DNA of 24,564 bases, from IMG/VR virus record IMGVR_UViG_3300011439_000390, positions 1-24,564 of that record. One strand, given 5' to 3'. Made by a program: the position numbers and the translations under genes. Below the pieces are notes generated by a model. It was given only the letters and a program-made list of their open reading frames with translations. It was not told the DNA's origin and did not search any database. This DNA comes from a virus. Its lineage: Duplodnaviria; Caudoviricetes. This document shows, piece after piece, positions 1 to 9,513 of this stretch (the stretch's first letter is position 1; each line of letters starts with the position of its first letter).

Positions 1-282
1 CAGACCACCCGCGGCGGCGTCAGCTACAAGCTGCGCGGCGGCCGCGGCCGGTTGCCGCAGGCGTTCATCCGCACGATGCGCAGTGGACACACGGGCGTCT
101 TTACCCGTGAGCCTGGCGCGAAGCGGTTGCCGATCCGGGAGCACTACGGCCCCTCGCTCGGGCGCGTGTTCGCGAAGTATCGGCCGCAAGGCCTCGCGCG
201 CGTGCAAGAGCAGTTCGAGAAGAACTTCGATCACGAGCTCGACTTTCAGCGATCGCAGGTGAGTGGTGGCGGAGCCGAATGA
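1..282 (+). CDS. Tail completion protein, lambda gpZ-like (5' partial)
   Basis: Frame is open from base 1 (QTTRGGVSYKLRGGRGRLPQAFIRTMRSGHTGVFTR...RLPIREHYGPSL). The 'AFI..M.SGH.GVF.R...RLPI....GPS' pattern and the position before the terminator and tube genes fit gpZ-like proteins. Confidence 0.75.
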   Translation, partial: QTTRGGVSYKLRGGRGRLPQAFIRTMRSGHTGVFTREPGAKRLPIREHYGPSLGRVFAKYRPQGLARVQEQFEKNFDHELDFQRSQVSGGGAE

Positions 283-745
283 ATGGCTGATCGTCGAACA
301 CCTACAGGCGGCGCTCCAAGCGATCGCGCAGGCGACCGGCTATCACTACGACGTGGCACCGGAGGCCGTGAAGCTCAATCCGGATCAGGGCGCCGAGACG
401 CTCATCGCGCCGGCGGGCGGGCCGCGGCCGTTCCTGTTCCTGGAATGGAAGGACGACGCCTGGGAGTACAGGGAGCGGCCGAACGGGATCGTGCTCGTGC
501 TACCGATCACGGTGTGGTGGATCCACGACTTCGATTCCACCGACGACGCGGCACTGCTGCGGACGTTTCTCCGTGGCTGCGCGGATGTCGAGCAAGCGAT
601 CGCGGTGGATGTGACGCGGGGCGGGCACGCCTACGAAACGCGCATCGTGCGACGCACGCCGCAAGTCCAGGGCGCCTCGGAGCTGTGGGCCATTGTGGAC
701 CTCGAGATCTTGGTCAGGCGGACGTATGGGCAGCCTAACGCGTGA
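263..745 (+). CDS. Putative tail terminator/completion protein
   Basis: 160-aa acidic ORF between the gpZ-like gene and the tail tube gene; assignment rests on size and synteny. Confidence 0.65.
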   Translation: MVAEPNEWLIVEHLQAALQAIAQATGYHYDVAPEAVKLNPDQGAETLIAPAGGPRPFLFLEWKDDAWEYRERPNGIVLVLPITVWWIHDFDSTDDAALLRTFLRGCADVEQAIAVDVTRGGHAYETRIVRRTPQVQGASELWAIVDLEILVRRTYGQPNA

Positions 746-953
746 GCGGGTGCCGGCGACGGACCTGCGGCGATCGCGCGTCGAGGCGACCGCCACCGGG
801 CCGACGGGCACCAGCGGCGACCGGTGGAGCTTCCGGTGCGGGCCCGGCGCGACCGTCGATCTGAACCAGCTCGTCGCGCCTGGGCTGCGCGTGCGCGATG
901 TGATGGACGAGGCCTGGTTCGACCCGATCGAGCCGGCGGCCTCCGTGGAGTAA
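726..953 (+). CDS. Small hypothetical phage protein
   Basis: ATG at 726, 75 aa, fills the gap before the tube gene; start uncertain. Confidence 0.55.
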   Translation: MGSLTRERVPATDLRRSRVEATATGPTGTSGDRWSFRCGPGATVDLNQLVAPGLRVRDVMDEAWFDPIEPAASVE

Positions 954-960
954 CGAACCG

Positions 961-2106
961 ATGGCACTGAATCTCGGCCGCACTGGACGCGTCTACGTCA
1001 AGAAGGAAAGCGCATACGCCGACACGGGCGTCACGTTCTCGGCGACCGACGCGCTCCGCCATGTGGAGCTCGGCATGGAGTTCCAGCCGTTCAACCGGGT
1101 GCCGTCGCCGGAGAAGACGTCCGCCGCCGGCCTCGCGACCCGCTTCGATCGGCGTCTGTCGGCCGCGCTCGGCTCGCTCAATGCGGTGATTCGGCCCTCC
1201 GGCACGCTCAACACGCTGCCTGAAGCCGACGAGATCTTCGAGTGCGCGTTCGGCGCGAAGACGAACGTGACGCTGGCGACCACGTTCTCGGGCACGCCGA
1301 CGACAACCACCGGCACCGTCGCGAGCGCGGGCACGCTGGCGGTGGGCGATGGGGTGCTGATCACACGGAACAGCGTGAAGTATGTGCGCGTCCTCACGGT
1401 CGTGGCCGGGGCGGACCTCACATGGGCGCCCGCGCTGCCGACCGCGCCGACCGCGGGCGAGTCGCTGAAGGGCGCCGTCACCTACAAGTGCACGACGAAC
1501 TTGGCGCTGTCGCTGGCGATCGCGCACTACCTGGCCAACTTCAAGCGCCTGCTCCTCGGCGTCGGCGCCGACGACCTCAACATGATCTTCGACGCGAACG
1601 AGGAGCCGCGCTTTGAACTGTCAGGTCCGGCCGCGACCCAGTTGTCGCCCACCGGCGTGCCGGCGGATCCCGGCACGTTCACGACCGTCGGCACCGTCGT
1701 GCCGTCCGGCATGGTCGGCGAGCTGCTCGTGAACGACACCGCCTACAAGTTCAAGCACTACGAGGCCTCGCTCAAAAACACCCTCGCGGTGCGCAATCAG
1801 GAGTACGGCCAGGCGGTCGCGACCGAGGTGTACCGCAACGGCAAACGCGAAGTGATGATCAGCTTCGAGGCGTTCGTCGAGAACCAGGCGACCCTGCATG
1901 ACGTCGCGTATGCGGGCACGCCGGTCTCGATCCTGAAGCAGACCGGACGCACCGAAGGCAGCATCATCGCGTGCTGGAGCCCGAAGGTGGATTTCGACGT
2001 GCCGGAGACGGACGACCCCGACGAAGCGGTGTCGTGGGCGTTTGAAGGCACAGCCCTCGCGTCAGCCGAGGGACAGAACAACGAGCTGACACTGGTACTG
2101 GCGTAG
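961..2106 (+). CDS. Major tail tube protein
   Basis: 381 aa, N-terminal 'GRVYVKKESAY', Thr/Gly-rich beta character, ends 'NNELTLVLA', directly upstream of the chaperones and tape measure. Confidence 0.8.
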   Translation: MALNLGRTGRVYVKKESAYADTGVTFSATDALRHVELGMEFQPFNRVPSPEKTSAAGLATRFDRRLSAALGSLNAVIRPSGTLNTLPEADEIFECAFGAKTNVTLATTFSGTPTTTTGTVASAGTLAVGDGVLITRNSVKYVRVLTVVAGADLTWAPALPTAPTAGESLKGAVTYKCTTNLALSLAIAHYLANFKRLLLGVGADDLNMIFDANEEPRFELSGPAATQLSPTGVPADPGTFTTVGTVVPSGMVGELLVNDTAYKFKHYEASLKNTLAVRNQEYGQAVATEVYRNGKREVMISFEAFVENQATLHDVAYAGTPVSILKQTGRTEGSIIACWSPKVDFDVPETDDPDEAVSWAFEGTALASAEGQNNELTLVLA

Positions 2107-2251
2107 GCGGTTTCTCGCACTCTCGCTCGCCACTCGGGCCTTTGGATCGGGGTTCCTGCCGACTCCCGGGGCCCGCCCAGCCTGGCGCGCACCTGCTGCT
2201 GACGGGGTCGTTCATCGCGGCAATCACGCCGCGAGTCAGAAAGGTGTGTGC

Positions 2252-3049
2252 ATGTCAGGCAACCCAAAACTCAAAGTCACGTCGGGGTATCACCCAGCGA
2301 CGGTCCCGATCGACGGCTACGCGATCGACCTGCTCATTACGCGGATGACGCTCGACGACTTCGCTGCCTTCATCGCGGGGCTTCGACACGTCTTCGATGC
2401 GCATTCAGATCGCTTGGTGTCGATGCGCCTGCCCGGCGAGGAGCAGGAGCGGCGGCCGGCCGCGCTCACCGACGAGCAGCAGCTCGTGGAGTTCAGTGAG
2501 GCCGTCGACCTTTATAAGGACGACCGCCTGCACTCACTCCTGGGCGCGTACAAGGCCTCGATCGTCGAGCGCAGCGACTTCGTCATTCCGGATACGGAGA
2601 TCCGACGCCGGCGCCTCGTCGAGATGACCGCCCCGCAGCGCGGGGAGTACGAACGCTTACACGACGAGGAGGAGGACGTTCGGCGCACGTTCCTCGGGAA
2701 TTCGATCAGCCGGTATGTGCGCGTGGTGCCTGGCCAGATCGAGGTGACGGATCACGCGACGGGCCAGACACACGACGCCACCGAGGGTAGTGAACTCGTC
2801 ACCCTGTGGGGGGCGCGACGCGACGTACTAATGGCGACGCTGCGAGCGATCCGTGACAAGAACATGTTCCGGCCTGCACTAAAAAACGACTCACCCTCGC
2901 CGTCCGATTCTCTGCCTTCCTCCAACGGACCCGAGGGACCGGAAGCCTCTGGAGTGAGACCGGCACCTCCTGCGACGAGTGCCGACGGCGCGCCCTCTGT
3001 TACGAGCGGAGCTGCGATGGCATCGAGCGTGAGCACGACGTGTGGGTGA
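2252..3049 (+). CDS. Tail assembly chaperone (gpG-like)
   Basis: RBS AGAAAGGT before ATG 2252; lies between tube and tape measure; contains in-frame A_AAA_AAC at 2881-2887 followed by a Ser/Pro-rich low-complexity tail. Confidence 0.75.
   Translation: MSGNPKLKVTSGYHPATVPIDGYAIDLLITRMTLDDFAAFIAGLRHVFDAHSDRLVSMRLPGEEQERRPAALTDEQQLVEFSEAVDLYKDDRLHSLLGAYKASIVERSDFVIPDTEIRRRRLVEMTAPQRGEYERLHDEEEDVRRTFLGNSISRYVRVVPGQIEVTDHATGQTHDATEGSELVTLWGARRDVLMATLRAIRDKNMFRPALKNDSPSPSDSLPSSNGPEGPEASGVRPAPPATSADGAPSVTSGAAMASSVSTTCG
2881..2887 (+). other. -1 programmed ribosomal frameshift slippery site
   Basis: CTA AAA AAC gives an X_XXY_YYZ heptamer in the chaperone frame; the -1 frame is open from 2887 to the stop at 3321. 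Confidence 0.8.
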
Positions 3050-3321
3050 GCGATGACGGCGTTCGGCTCAAGACGTGCCCGGTGCTCTTGTTCACCCCCG
3101 AGGTCGAGGACCTACAGCGGTGGTTTGAATGGACACATGACGTGCGGGACGGCTTCTATCACCGGAGCGCGCTGCCTGGGCCGGGCAGTCTCGGCGAACA
3201 GGACGCGTACCTGATGCAGGCCCTCGACTGCCTCCGCGACGTGTCGAACACCGTGCTCGCCGAGGCGCAGCGCGAGCGGCAGCAGCGCCGGGCACAACAA
3301 CAGGGGCGACGCCGTGGGTGA
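2887..3321 (+). CDS. Tail assembly chaperone gpT portion of a gpGT frameshift product
   Basis: -1 frame reads RLTLAVRFSAFLQ...SCDECRRRALCYERSCDG...KTCPVLL...LPGPGSLGEQDAYLMQAL; its end overlaps the tape measure start. Confidence 0.75.
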   Translation, partial: RLTLAVRFSAFLQRTRGTGSLWSETGTSCDECRRRALCYERSCDGIEREHDVWVSDDGVRLKTCPVLLFTPEVEDLQRWFEWTHDVRDGFYHRSALPGPGSLGEQDAYLMQALDCLRDVSNTVLAEAQRERQQRRAQQQGRRRG

Positions 3322-6109
3322 TCGCGAGATCTCGATCGTCATCCGGGCCAAAAATTTATCCGAATCCGAATTCGATAAAGCGCGGAGAGGGATCGCCGGG
3401 ATCACGGATGAGACGAAGCGAGGCACCGGCGCGAATACGGGCTGGGGGCAATCGTTCCGGGCCTCGTTCGCCGGAAACCTCGCATCGGATCTGCTGCAGC
3501 GTGGCGTGTCCACGCTGAAGTCCTGGACCGAGGAAGCCTTCCGCAGTGCGGGCGCCACCCTCGATATGGCGAACTCGACTGGACTGAGCACCGCGGCCGT
3601 CCAGCGAATGCAGTTTGCGGCGGAGCAGACAAGTTCCTCGGTCGAGGCGTTCACGTTGGCGTCGTTCAACCTCGGACGCACCCTCGCGGGTGGCAGCGGC
3701 AGCGTGCAGCAGGGCGTCGCGGCGCTCGGCCTCTCGTTCACTGAACTGCGGCAACTGAAACCGGAGGATCAATTCGAGATCGTCGTCGGCGCGCTTGGCC
3801 GAATGCAGAACGAGCAGGAGCGGAACCGGATCGGCGCGCTGCTGTTCGGCAAGAGCTTCAAGGAAATCGCCGCGGCGGTCGGTGAGGGGTACCACCAACT
3901 CGCCGAAGGCGCGCAGATCTCAACCGATGCGCAGCTGCAGGCGCTCGACGCGGCGGGCGACGCCTGGGACAGGTTCAAGCAGAACACGACGGCGAATATC
4001 CGGAGCCTCTTGGGCACGACGGTGCTCTGGGGGGACGCCCTCCGCCAGGTCATCGCCGAGGGCGGCATCTTCCAGTCCACCGCAGGGGTGATCGAGCAGG
4101 CGCAGCAACGCCTCAACGCCTCGACCGAGGATTACACGGGTCAGCTCGCGGCACTCGCCAAACATTTCGGGCAGGAAGCGACGCCAGCCGCGGAGACCTA
4201 CACGCAGCAGCTCGCCAAGATGAAAGCGGAGGTCGCGGGCCTCACATCCGAGCAAGTCAAAGAGATCAACGCCGCCAAAACGCTCGGCGTCGCCACCGAT
4301 GAACTCACCGCGAAGTATGGCCTGAGTGAGGGCGCGCTGCGCCTCGTCACCGAGAACACGAAGGCCGCGACGAAAGCGACCGACGAGCAAGCGGCGGCCG
4401 TGCGTGAGCTTGAGGCGGAGATGCAACTCCTCATCGCCGGATGGCAGACAGAGTGGGCGCACGAATGGGGGAACGACGTGGCGGCGTCCGCCGAGAAAGC
4501 CACCGACTTGCAAGCGGCGACGCTGGGCATGACGACCGCGCTGGGATTCTGGCGCGAGCAGATCCGCCTCGCGAACAACGAGGCGCGTGGTTTCGACGAG
4601 CAGGGCCTCCTCCCGGTCAACGAAGACCTTCGCGATCTGATTCAGCAGACCATCATCGGCCAGCACACGATCCGCGCGATCGCCGACGAAGCGGGGAAGG
4701 CGTCAGGGAAGTTCAGCGGAATGGGCGAGGTCATCCGCAAGGAACTCGGCCCAACCATCATGGCCGCGCTGACCGGTGGCGGGGATGTAGTCAAAAGCGT
4801 GAGCGGCCTCTTCGGCGGGCAGCTCACCAAGAACATCTTCGGCGGTGAAGCGATGCAGAAAAGCATCGCCAGCATATTCGGTGCAACGATCGGGGGCGCG
4901 TTCAACTCAATCCTCCCAGGGATCGGGGCCTTAGCCGGACCGCTGATTAGCGGAATCGCGAAGTTGTTCGATGGCGCGTTCGGGCCGTCAAAGGCAGAAC
5001 GTCAGGGGCGCGAAACCGCGGCGTCGTTCAGGAAAGGGCTTGAAGCCGGCCTGAGCGAATCCCAGCGTGCGGAAGCGATGGCGACCGGGAATTTCCAGTG
5101 GGCGGCGTCCGTGGTGGCGATCAGGGACGCGTATCTCGCGGTCGGGAGGACGGAAGCCGAAGCCCTTGCGATCGCGGATGCGCTCTGGCAAGCGGAGAAG
5201 CAAGGCCCGGAAGCCGTCGCCGCCGTCCTCGCGCAAATCAACCCGATCCTGCTGGAGCATCAGAAGATTCTCGCCGAGGGCGCGGAGGCGGCCAAGAAGG
5301 CAGCGGGCGAGCTCGCCGCGCTCTCTGATCCGATCGACATCCTGCAGGCGAAGCTCGAGAACCTCGACTCCATCGACACGCTGAAAGACGCGTTCGAGGA
5401 CTTCCGCAAATCCGGCACGCTGGATCTGAAAACCGTCCTGCGCGAAGTCGAGAGCCTGCACGAGTCTCTCGGCGACACCGCAGCCGTCAAGGAGCTGCAG
5501 GAGGCGATCGGGGTCGCCGTCGAAACGGGCGTCGTGGACTTCGGCCGGCTGGGGGCGGCGTGGGGCGACTTGGAAGCCATGATGCGCGAAGGCGTCGTCA
5601 TCCCACTGGACTTCAAGGCCTCCGGCGGGGGCGATGGCGATAGCGGTGGTAGTAAGAAGGACGACGAGGACGACGAGGGCGACGGCTATCTGACGAAGGA
5701 CGAAGCGCGCGAAGCCGGCGTGCCGTATGTGCCCAAGGATCCCAACGACTACAGCGACGCGCGCGCGAAGGCGGAGGCCCGCGAAGAACTCAACGACTAC
5801 TACGAGGCCCGGGCCCGCGGCGAAGTCCTCCACGGCGGCGGCTGGGTCGGCGGCTGGCCACGCGCGCACCGCGGCCTGTGGACCGACGAAGTCCCGCTGA
5901 TCGGGCAAACCGGCGAGCGGATGCTGTCGCGCGTGGAAGTCGCGCGGATGGGCGGGCGTTCCGGCGTCGACCGCATCGCGCGCGGCGAGCCCTACGGCGG
6001 GCAACGCATCGTTATTGAGATCCCTGTCCACCTCGACGGCAAACAGGTCGCGCGCGCCTGCGTGCCGCTGATCCCCTCGGTGCTCCGGCAGTACGGAGTG
6101 CGCCTGTAA
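3314..6109 (+). CDS. Tail tape measure protein
   Basis: 931 aa, Ala-rich and helical, starts 'REISIVIRAKN', ends with 'HGGG...DEVPLIGQTGERML...IPVHLDGKQVAR'; follows the chaperones. Confidence 0.92.
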   Translation: MGDREISIVIRAKNLSESEFDKARRGIAGITDETKRGTGANTGWGQSFRASFAGNLASDLLQRGVSTLKSWTEEAFRSAGATLDMANSTGLSTAAVQRMQFAAEQTSSSVEAFTLASFNLGRTLAGGSGSVQQGVAALGLSFTELRQLKPEDQFEIVVGALGRMQNEQERNRIGALLFGKSFKEIAAAVGEGYHQLAEGAQISTDAQLQALDAAGDAWDRFKQNTTANIRSLLGTTVLWGDALRQVIAEGGIFQSTAGVIEQAQQRLNASTEDYTGQLAALAKHFGQEATPAAETYTQQLAKMKAEVAGLTSEQVKEINAAKTLGVATDELTAKYGLSEGALRLVTENTKAATKATDEQAAAVRELEAEMQLLIAGWQTEWAHEWGNDVAASAEKATDLQAATLGMTTALGFWREQIRLANNEARGFDEQGLLPVNEDLRDLIQQTIIGQHTIRAIADEAGKASGKFSGMGEVIRKELGPTIMAALTGGGDVVKSVSGLFGGQLTKNIFGGEAMQKSIASIFGATIGGAFNSILPGIGALAGPLISGIAKLFDGAFGPSKAERQGRETAASFRKGLEAGLSESQRAEAMATGNFQWAASVVAIRDAYLAVGRTEAEALAIADALWQAEKQGPEAVAAVLAQINPILLEHQKILAEGAEAAKKAAGELAALSDPIDILQAKLENLDSIDTLKDAFEDFRKSGTLDLKTVLREVESLHESLGDTAAVKELQEAIGVAVETGVVDFGRLGAAWGDLEAMMREGVVIPLDFKASGGGDGDSGGSKKDDEDDEGDGYLTKDEAREAGVPYVPKDPNDYSDARAKAEAREELNDYYEARARGEVLHGGGWVGGWPRAHRGLWTDEVPLIGQTGERMLSRVEVARMGGRSGVDRIARGEPYGGQRIVIEIPVHLDGKQVARACVPLIPSVLRQYGVRL

Positions 6110-7575
6110 TGTCGATCGTCCTCTTCTTCCCCTCGGACGATATCGTCGACGCTGAGGGCATCGACGTCCTGATCAGCGGCATCGGCGTCGCGCCGATCGA
6201 TGGGTCGCTGTCGTGGAACACCGCGCTCAACAGCCGAGACACGTTCGCGATCAAGGTGCGCGCGCACTACACGACCCCGGCGCCGGTCGCCGTCGGCTCA
6301 CGGATCGTGCTCGCGGAGGACGGCCTCCTGATGTTCGGGGGCATCGTCAGCGAGGTCGCGATCGAGCAAGACGGCGACTCCGAGTTCCTCGTCTACGACA
6401 TTCAGGCGCAGGACTACAGCGCTATCCCGCAGCGACGGCTCGTCGCGGCCAGCTACGAGCAGATGACCGTCGGCGCGATCGTCGCCGACATCCGGACGAA
6501 CTTCCTCTTCGGCGAAGGGATCACCCTCGGCGACGTCGAGGACGGGCCGACCATCGTGAAGGCCGTCTTCAACTACCTCTACGTCGATCAGGCGTTCAAC
6601 GAGCTGAGTGAGCTGTCGGGGATGACCTGGTGGATCGACCCGTTCAAGCGCCTGCACGTGCGCGCGCGGTCCTCCGTCCTCGCGCCGGCAGCGATCGGGA
6701 ACACCACGCACGTCACGATGCGCGTGTCGTCGAGCGTCGACCAGTACCGCAACGCGCAGACCGTGCGCGCCGGCACCGACCTCACCGATCCGCGCACGGA
6801 GTCGTTCATTGGGGACGGCACGCGGCGCGTCTTCAATCTGGCGTTTGCGGCGGGCACCGAGCCGATCATCACCATCAATGGCCTCGCCCAGATCGTCGGC
6901 ATCCTCGGCGTCGAGAGCGATAAGGACTGGTACTGGAACAAGGGTAAGACCGAGATCGCGCAGTCGGACACCGGCACCGTGCTCGGCACGGCCGACGTCC
7001 TTGCGGTGACCTATCAAGGCCAGGTGCCGCTGATCGTGGGCGCCGAGGACGACAACGAGATCGCGACGCGCGCGAACCTCGACGGCGGCAGTGGCCGCTA
7101 CGAACACGTCGAGGATCGACCGAACATCGACGCCGGCGACCTGGCGCTCGAAACCGCCGACCAACTGCTCGCGCGGTTCGGCCGCGTGACGCGGGTCATC
7201 GACGCGACGACCAGGACGTCCGGGTTCCGCGCCGGGCAGCTCGTCACCATCACGAACGCCAAGCTCGGGCTCAACGACCAATTCCTGATCGAGTCGGTCA
7301 GCGCCTCGGAGTGGACGGAGCCGGATGCCGACGGCGAGCCGCACCTGATGTTCAGCGTGCGCGCGCTCGAGGGCGACTTCCAGGGCGGCTGGGTGGCCTT
7401 CTTTCAGAAGCTCGCCGAGATGGGCCGCGACTATGTCATCCGCGAGAACGAGGTCCTCGTGCTGCTCCGCCGGCGCGTCGACGGGGCGGAGATCGCCGAC
7501 GTGCTCGACACGCAGAACGTCAGCGTTGAGAGTCGGGTGGGATTTGCGGAGTGCGGTTACAGCGAAGTGGCTTGA
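6109..7575 (+). CDS. Tail tip/baseplate hub-like minor tail protein
   Basis: 488 aa, start overlaps the tape measure stop; hub-like segments 'LMFGGIV', 'LSELSGMTWWIDPFKRLH', 'GFRAGQLVTI'. Confidence 0.75.
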   Translation: MSIVLFFPSDDIVDAEGIDVLISGIGVAPIDGSLSWNTALNSRDTFAIKVRAHYTTPAPVAVGSRIVLAEDGLLMFGGIVSEVAIEQDGDSEFLVYDIQAQDYSAIPQRRLVAASYEQMTVGAIVADIRTNFLFGEGITLGDVEDGPTIVKAVFNYLYVDQAFNELSELSGMTWWIDPFKRLHVRARSSVLAPAAIGNTTHVTMRVSSSVDQYRNAQTVRAGTDLTDPRTESFIGDGTRRVFNLAFAAGTEPIITINGLAQIVGILGVESDKDWYWNKGKTEIAQSDTGTVLGTADVLAVTYQGQVPLIVGAEDDNEIATRANLDGGSGRYEHVEDRPNIDAGDLALETADQLLARFGRVTRVIDATTRTSGFRAGQLVTITNAKLGLNDQFLIESVSASEWTEPDADGEPHLMFSVRALEGDFQGGWVAFFQKLAEMGRDYVIRENEVLVLLRRRVDGAEIADVLDTQNVSVESRVGFAECGYSEVA

Positions 7576-7673
7576 CGCAACGGGGCAAGGATGACGTCGA
7601 GATTGTCTAAATCAGTTGGCCAGACTTCAAACCCAGCGTCGCATTGGATACATACACGCGGAATCTTCGGCAT
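7557..7673 (-). pseudogene. Possible remnant of an HNH-type homing endonuclease gene (38 aa)
   Basis: Lower-GC gap carries MPKIPRVCIQCDAGFEVWPTDLDNLDVILAPLRQATSL on the minus strand, with a TACAAT -10-like box at 7686-7691. Confidence 0.35.
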
Positions 7674-7708
7674 AACGGCAGCGCCATTGTACCGATGGAG
7701 GCCGCTGC

Positions 7709-8185
7709 ATGAGTGGCGCGCGCCTTCTCCGTAGCACGCGGCGTGAGCGCCTCGGTCTCGGGGTGAACGTCTGCGTCGACGTCCTGGAGGCGCGTACAGG
7801 CCGGCGGCTCTCCCGTGAGCGCGGCCACAACCTGACCGTCAACGCGGGCCTCAACCTCTTGCGCGACTTCCTGGCGAACGAGGCGCCCGGCAGCCTCACG
7901 CATTTCGCGATCGGCACCGATGCGACCGCGCCGGCGAGCACCGACACGCAACTGGTCGCCGAACTACTCCGCGACCAGCTCACCGCCCGCGTCAAAACCG
8001 ATCTCGCGGTGACGCTCAGCTACTACCTCGCCGCCAACCAGGGCAACGGCAACACGCTCCGCGAGGCGGGTCTCTTCACGGCGGCGAACACGTTGTTCGC
8101 GCGCTACGTCCTCTCCAGCCCGATCACGAAGACCGGCAGCATCGCCGTGCGGTGGACGTGGCAACTCACGCTCTCGGTGGCCTGA
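7709..8185 (+). CDS. Minor tail/baseplate-fibre attachment protein
   Basis: RBS GGAGG; pattern 'HNLTVNAGLN...HFAIGTDATAPASTDTQLVAEL...LREAGLF...LFAR' typical of tail-fibre proximal domains. Confidence 0.75.
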   Translation: MSGARLLRSTRRERLGLGVNVCVDVLEARTGRRLSRERGHNLTVNAGLNLLRDFLANEAPGSLTHFAIGTDATAPASTDTQLVAELLRDQLTARVKTDLAVTLSYYLAANQGNGNTLREAGLFTAANTLFARYVLSSPITKTGSIAVRWTWQLTLSVA

Positions 8186-8460
8186 TGCGAGTCGTGGTCA
8201 ACGGTCACCCGCTTCGCGACGTGCGCCACTCCTCCTGCGGCGCGGTGGTCGCGCTCTGGACGGGCGGGTTCTCCGCCGGCGCCTCCGTGATGCCGGGGGA
8301 CCTGCGGCTGCCGGATGGGTCTCCGTACGTCGGCCCGATCGTCTGTCCTGAGTGTGACGTCGTCGTGCGGTTCGCGAAGGACACGCTCGGTCGGCTGGTG
8401 GCTGGCGACCACGTGCCGGCGCCACGCGGCGCGCGGATCGGACTGGAGATCGTCCAGTGA
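8185..8460 (+). CDS. Hypothetical protein with HxxC/CxxC motifs
   Basis: TGATG coupling to the previous gene; 91 aa containing HSSC and CPEC. Confidence 0.6.
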   Translation: MRVVVNGHPLRDVRHSSCGAVVALWTGGFSAGASVMPGDLRLPDGSPYVGPIVCPECDVVVRFAKDTLGRLVAGDHVPAPRGARIGLEIVQ

Positions 8461-9242
8461 GTACGTTGTGGCTCGCGGGCGACACGATCAAGGAGAAGCG
8501 GATCAACCGCGTTTCGATCCTCGGGCGGCTCCTGTTCCCCATGTTCGACGAGGACCAGAGCGCCGTGACGACGGTGGACGCGAAGCGCCTCGCCGGCGTG
8601 CTACTCACCGGCGCTGTCACGACGCTATACACCGCGCCTGGGAGCGGAGTCGCGCACGTGCACGGGCTGACGCTTCGGAACACCCACTCGGCCGCGCTCG
8701 CGGTGGAACTCTACCTCGTGCCGAACGCCGGATCGGCCGGCGTCGCGGAGCGCATCTTCGACGACACCCTGGAGGCGGGCGAGACGGCCATCCTCGCGCC
8801 GACCGGCGGCTGGTTCCTCGGCGCCTCCGGCACGATTCGCGGGAAGGCCGGCACGACGAACCTCGTCGCGCTGCGCGCGGAAGTGACCGAGTACGCGGCG
8901 CAGCCAGGTGGGCTCACGCTGAAGGTGATCGACGGCGTCGCGCTCGGGACGTCTTACTCGACGCTCTACACGGCGAACGCCGGGAGCCTGAAGCACGCGC
9001 TCCTCCTCAATTACACGCTCTGCAACACCGACACGGTCGACCGGGCGCCGAACATCACGATCGTTGAATCCGGCGACACGTCGTCGGCCGAGGACGAGAT
9101 CTTTGGCGACACGCTCGTCTCGAAAGAAACACTCCTCGATGACACGCCCCGCCTACTCGCGGTGAACGACTTCGTGCAGGGGAAGGCGTCGCAGGCCAGC
9201 GTCGTCAGCGCGCGGCTCACGGTGCTGGAGGTCGTCACGTAA
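8457..9242 (+). CDS. Virion structural protein with two tandem beta-sandwich-like repeats
   Basis: 261 aa; the unit TLYTA...L.NT......IF.DTL...ET.....F/I.GKA occurs twice. Confidence 0.7.
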   Translation: MSTLWLAGDTIKEKRINRVSILGRLLFPMFDEDQSAVTTVDAKRLAGVLLTGAVTTLYTAPGSGVAHVHGLTLRNTHSAALAVELYLVPNAGSAGVAERIFDDTLEAGETAILAPTGGWFLGASGTIRGKAGTTNLVALRAEVTEYAAQPGGLTLKVIDGVALGTSYSTLYTANAGSLKHALLLNYTLCNTDTVDRAPNITIVESGDTSSAEDEIFGDTLVSKETLLDDTPRLLAVNDFVQGKASQASVVSARLTVLEVVT

Positions 9243-9511
9243 TGCCGGTGTCTACGCTACGGGCGCGGGCGCGCGTCGACCGCCTCATTCAACGCTTCAC
9301 CATCGCGTTTACGAGCGAGTCGTCGAAGACCGCGACGATCACATCGGTCGACACAGGCAAGAGCAAATTGCGGCACTTAGGCGCGGAGGGCTCGTCGTTC
9401 GACGCCACGTCGATCCGCTTAGCACTCACTAATAGCACGACGATCACCGGCACGCGTGGGGCCACCGGTAGCAGCGCGACGGTCGGCGGCGAAGTGGATA
9501 CGGGGTGGTAA
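9242..9511 (+). CDS. Small tail-associated protein
   Basis: TAATG coupling; 'IQR...TATITSVDTGKS.L..LG...IRLALTNSTTIT.TR' pattern of small phage tail proteins. Confidence 0.7.
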   Translation: MPVSTLRARARVDRLIQRFTIAFTSESSKTATITSVDTGKSKLRHLGAEGSSFDATSIRLALTNSTTITGTRGATGSSATVGGEVDTGW

Positions 9512-9513
9512 CC

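Noticed and set aside
631-7344. Long opposite-strand ORFs (e.g. 631-1527, 4988-6031, 6298-7344)
   Set aside because: These are expected shadows of high-GC3 genes and lack recognisable motifs.
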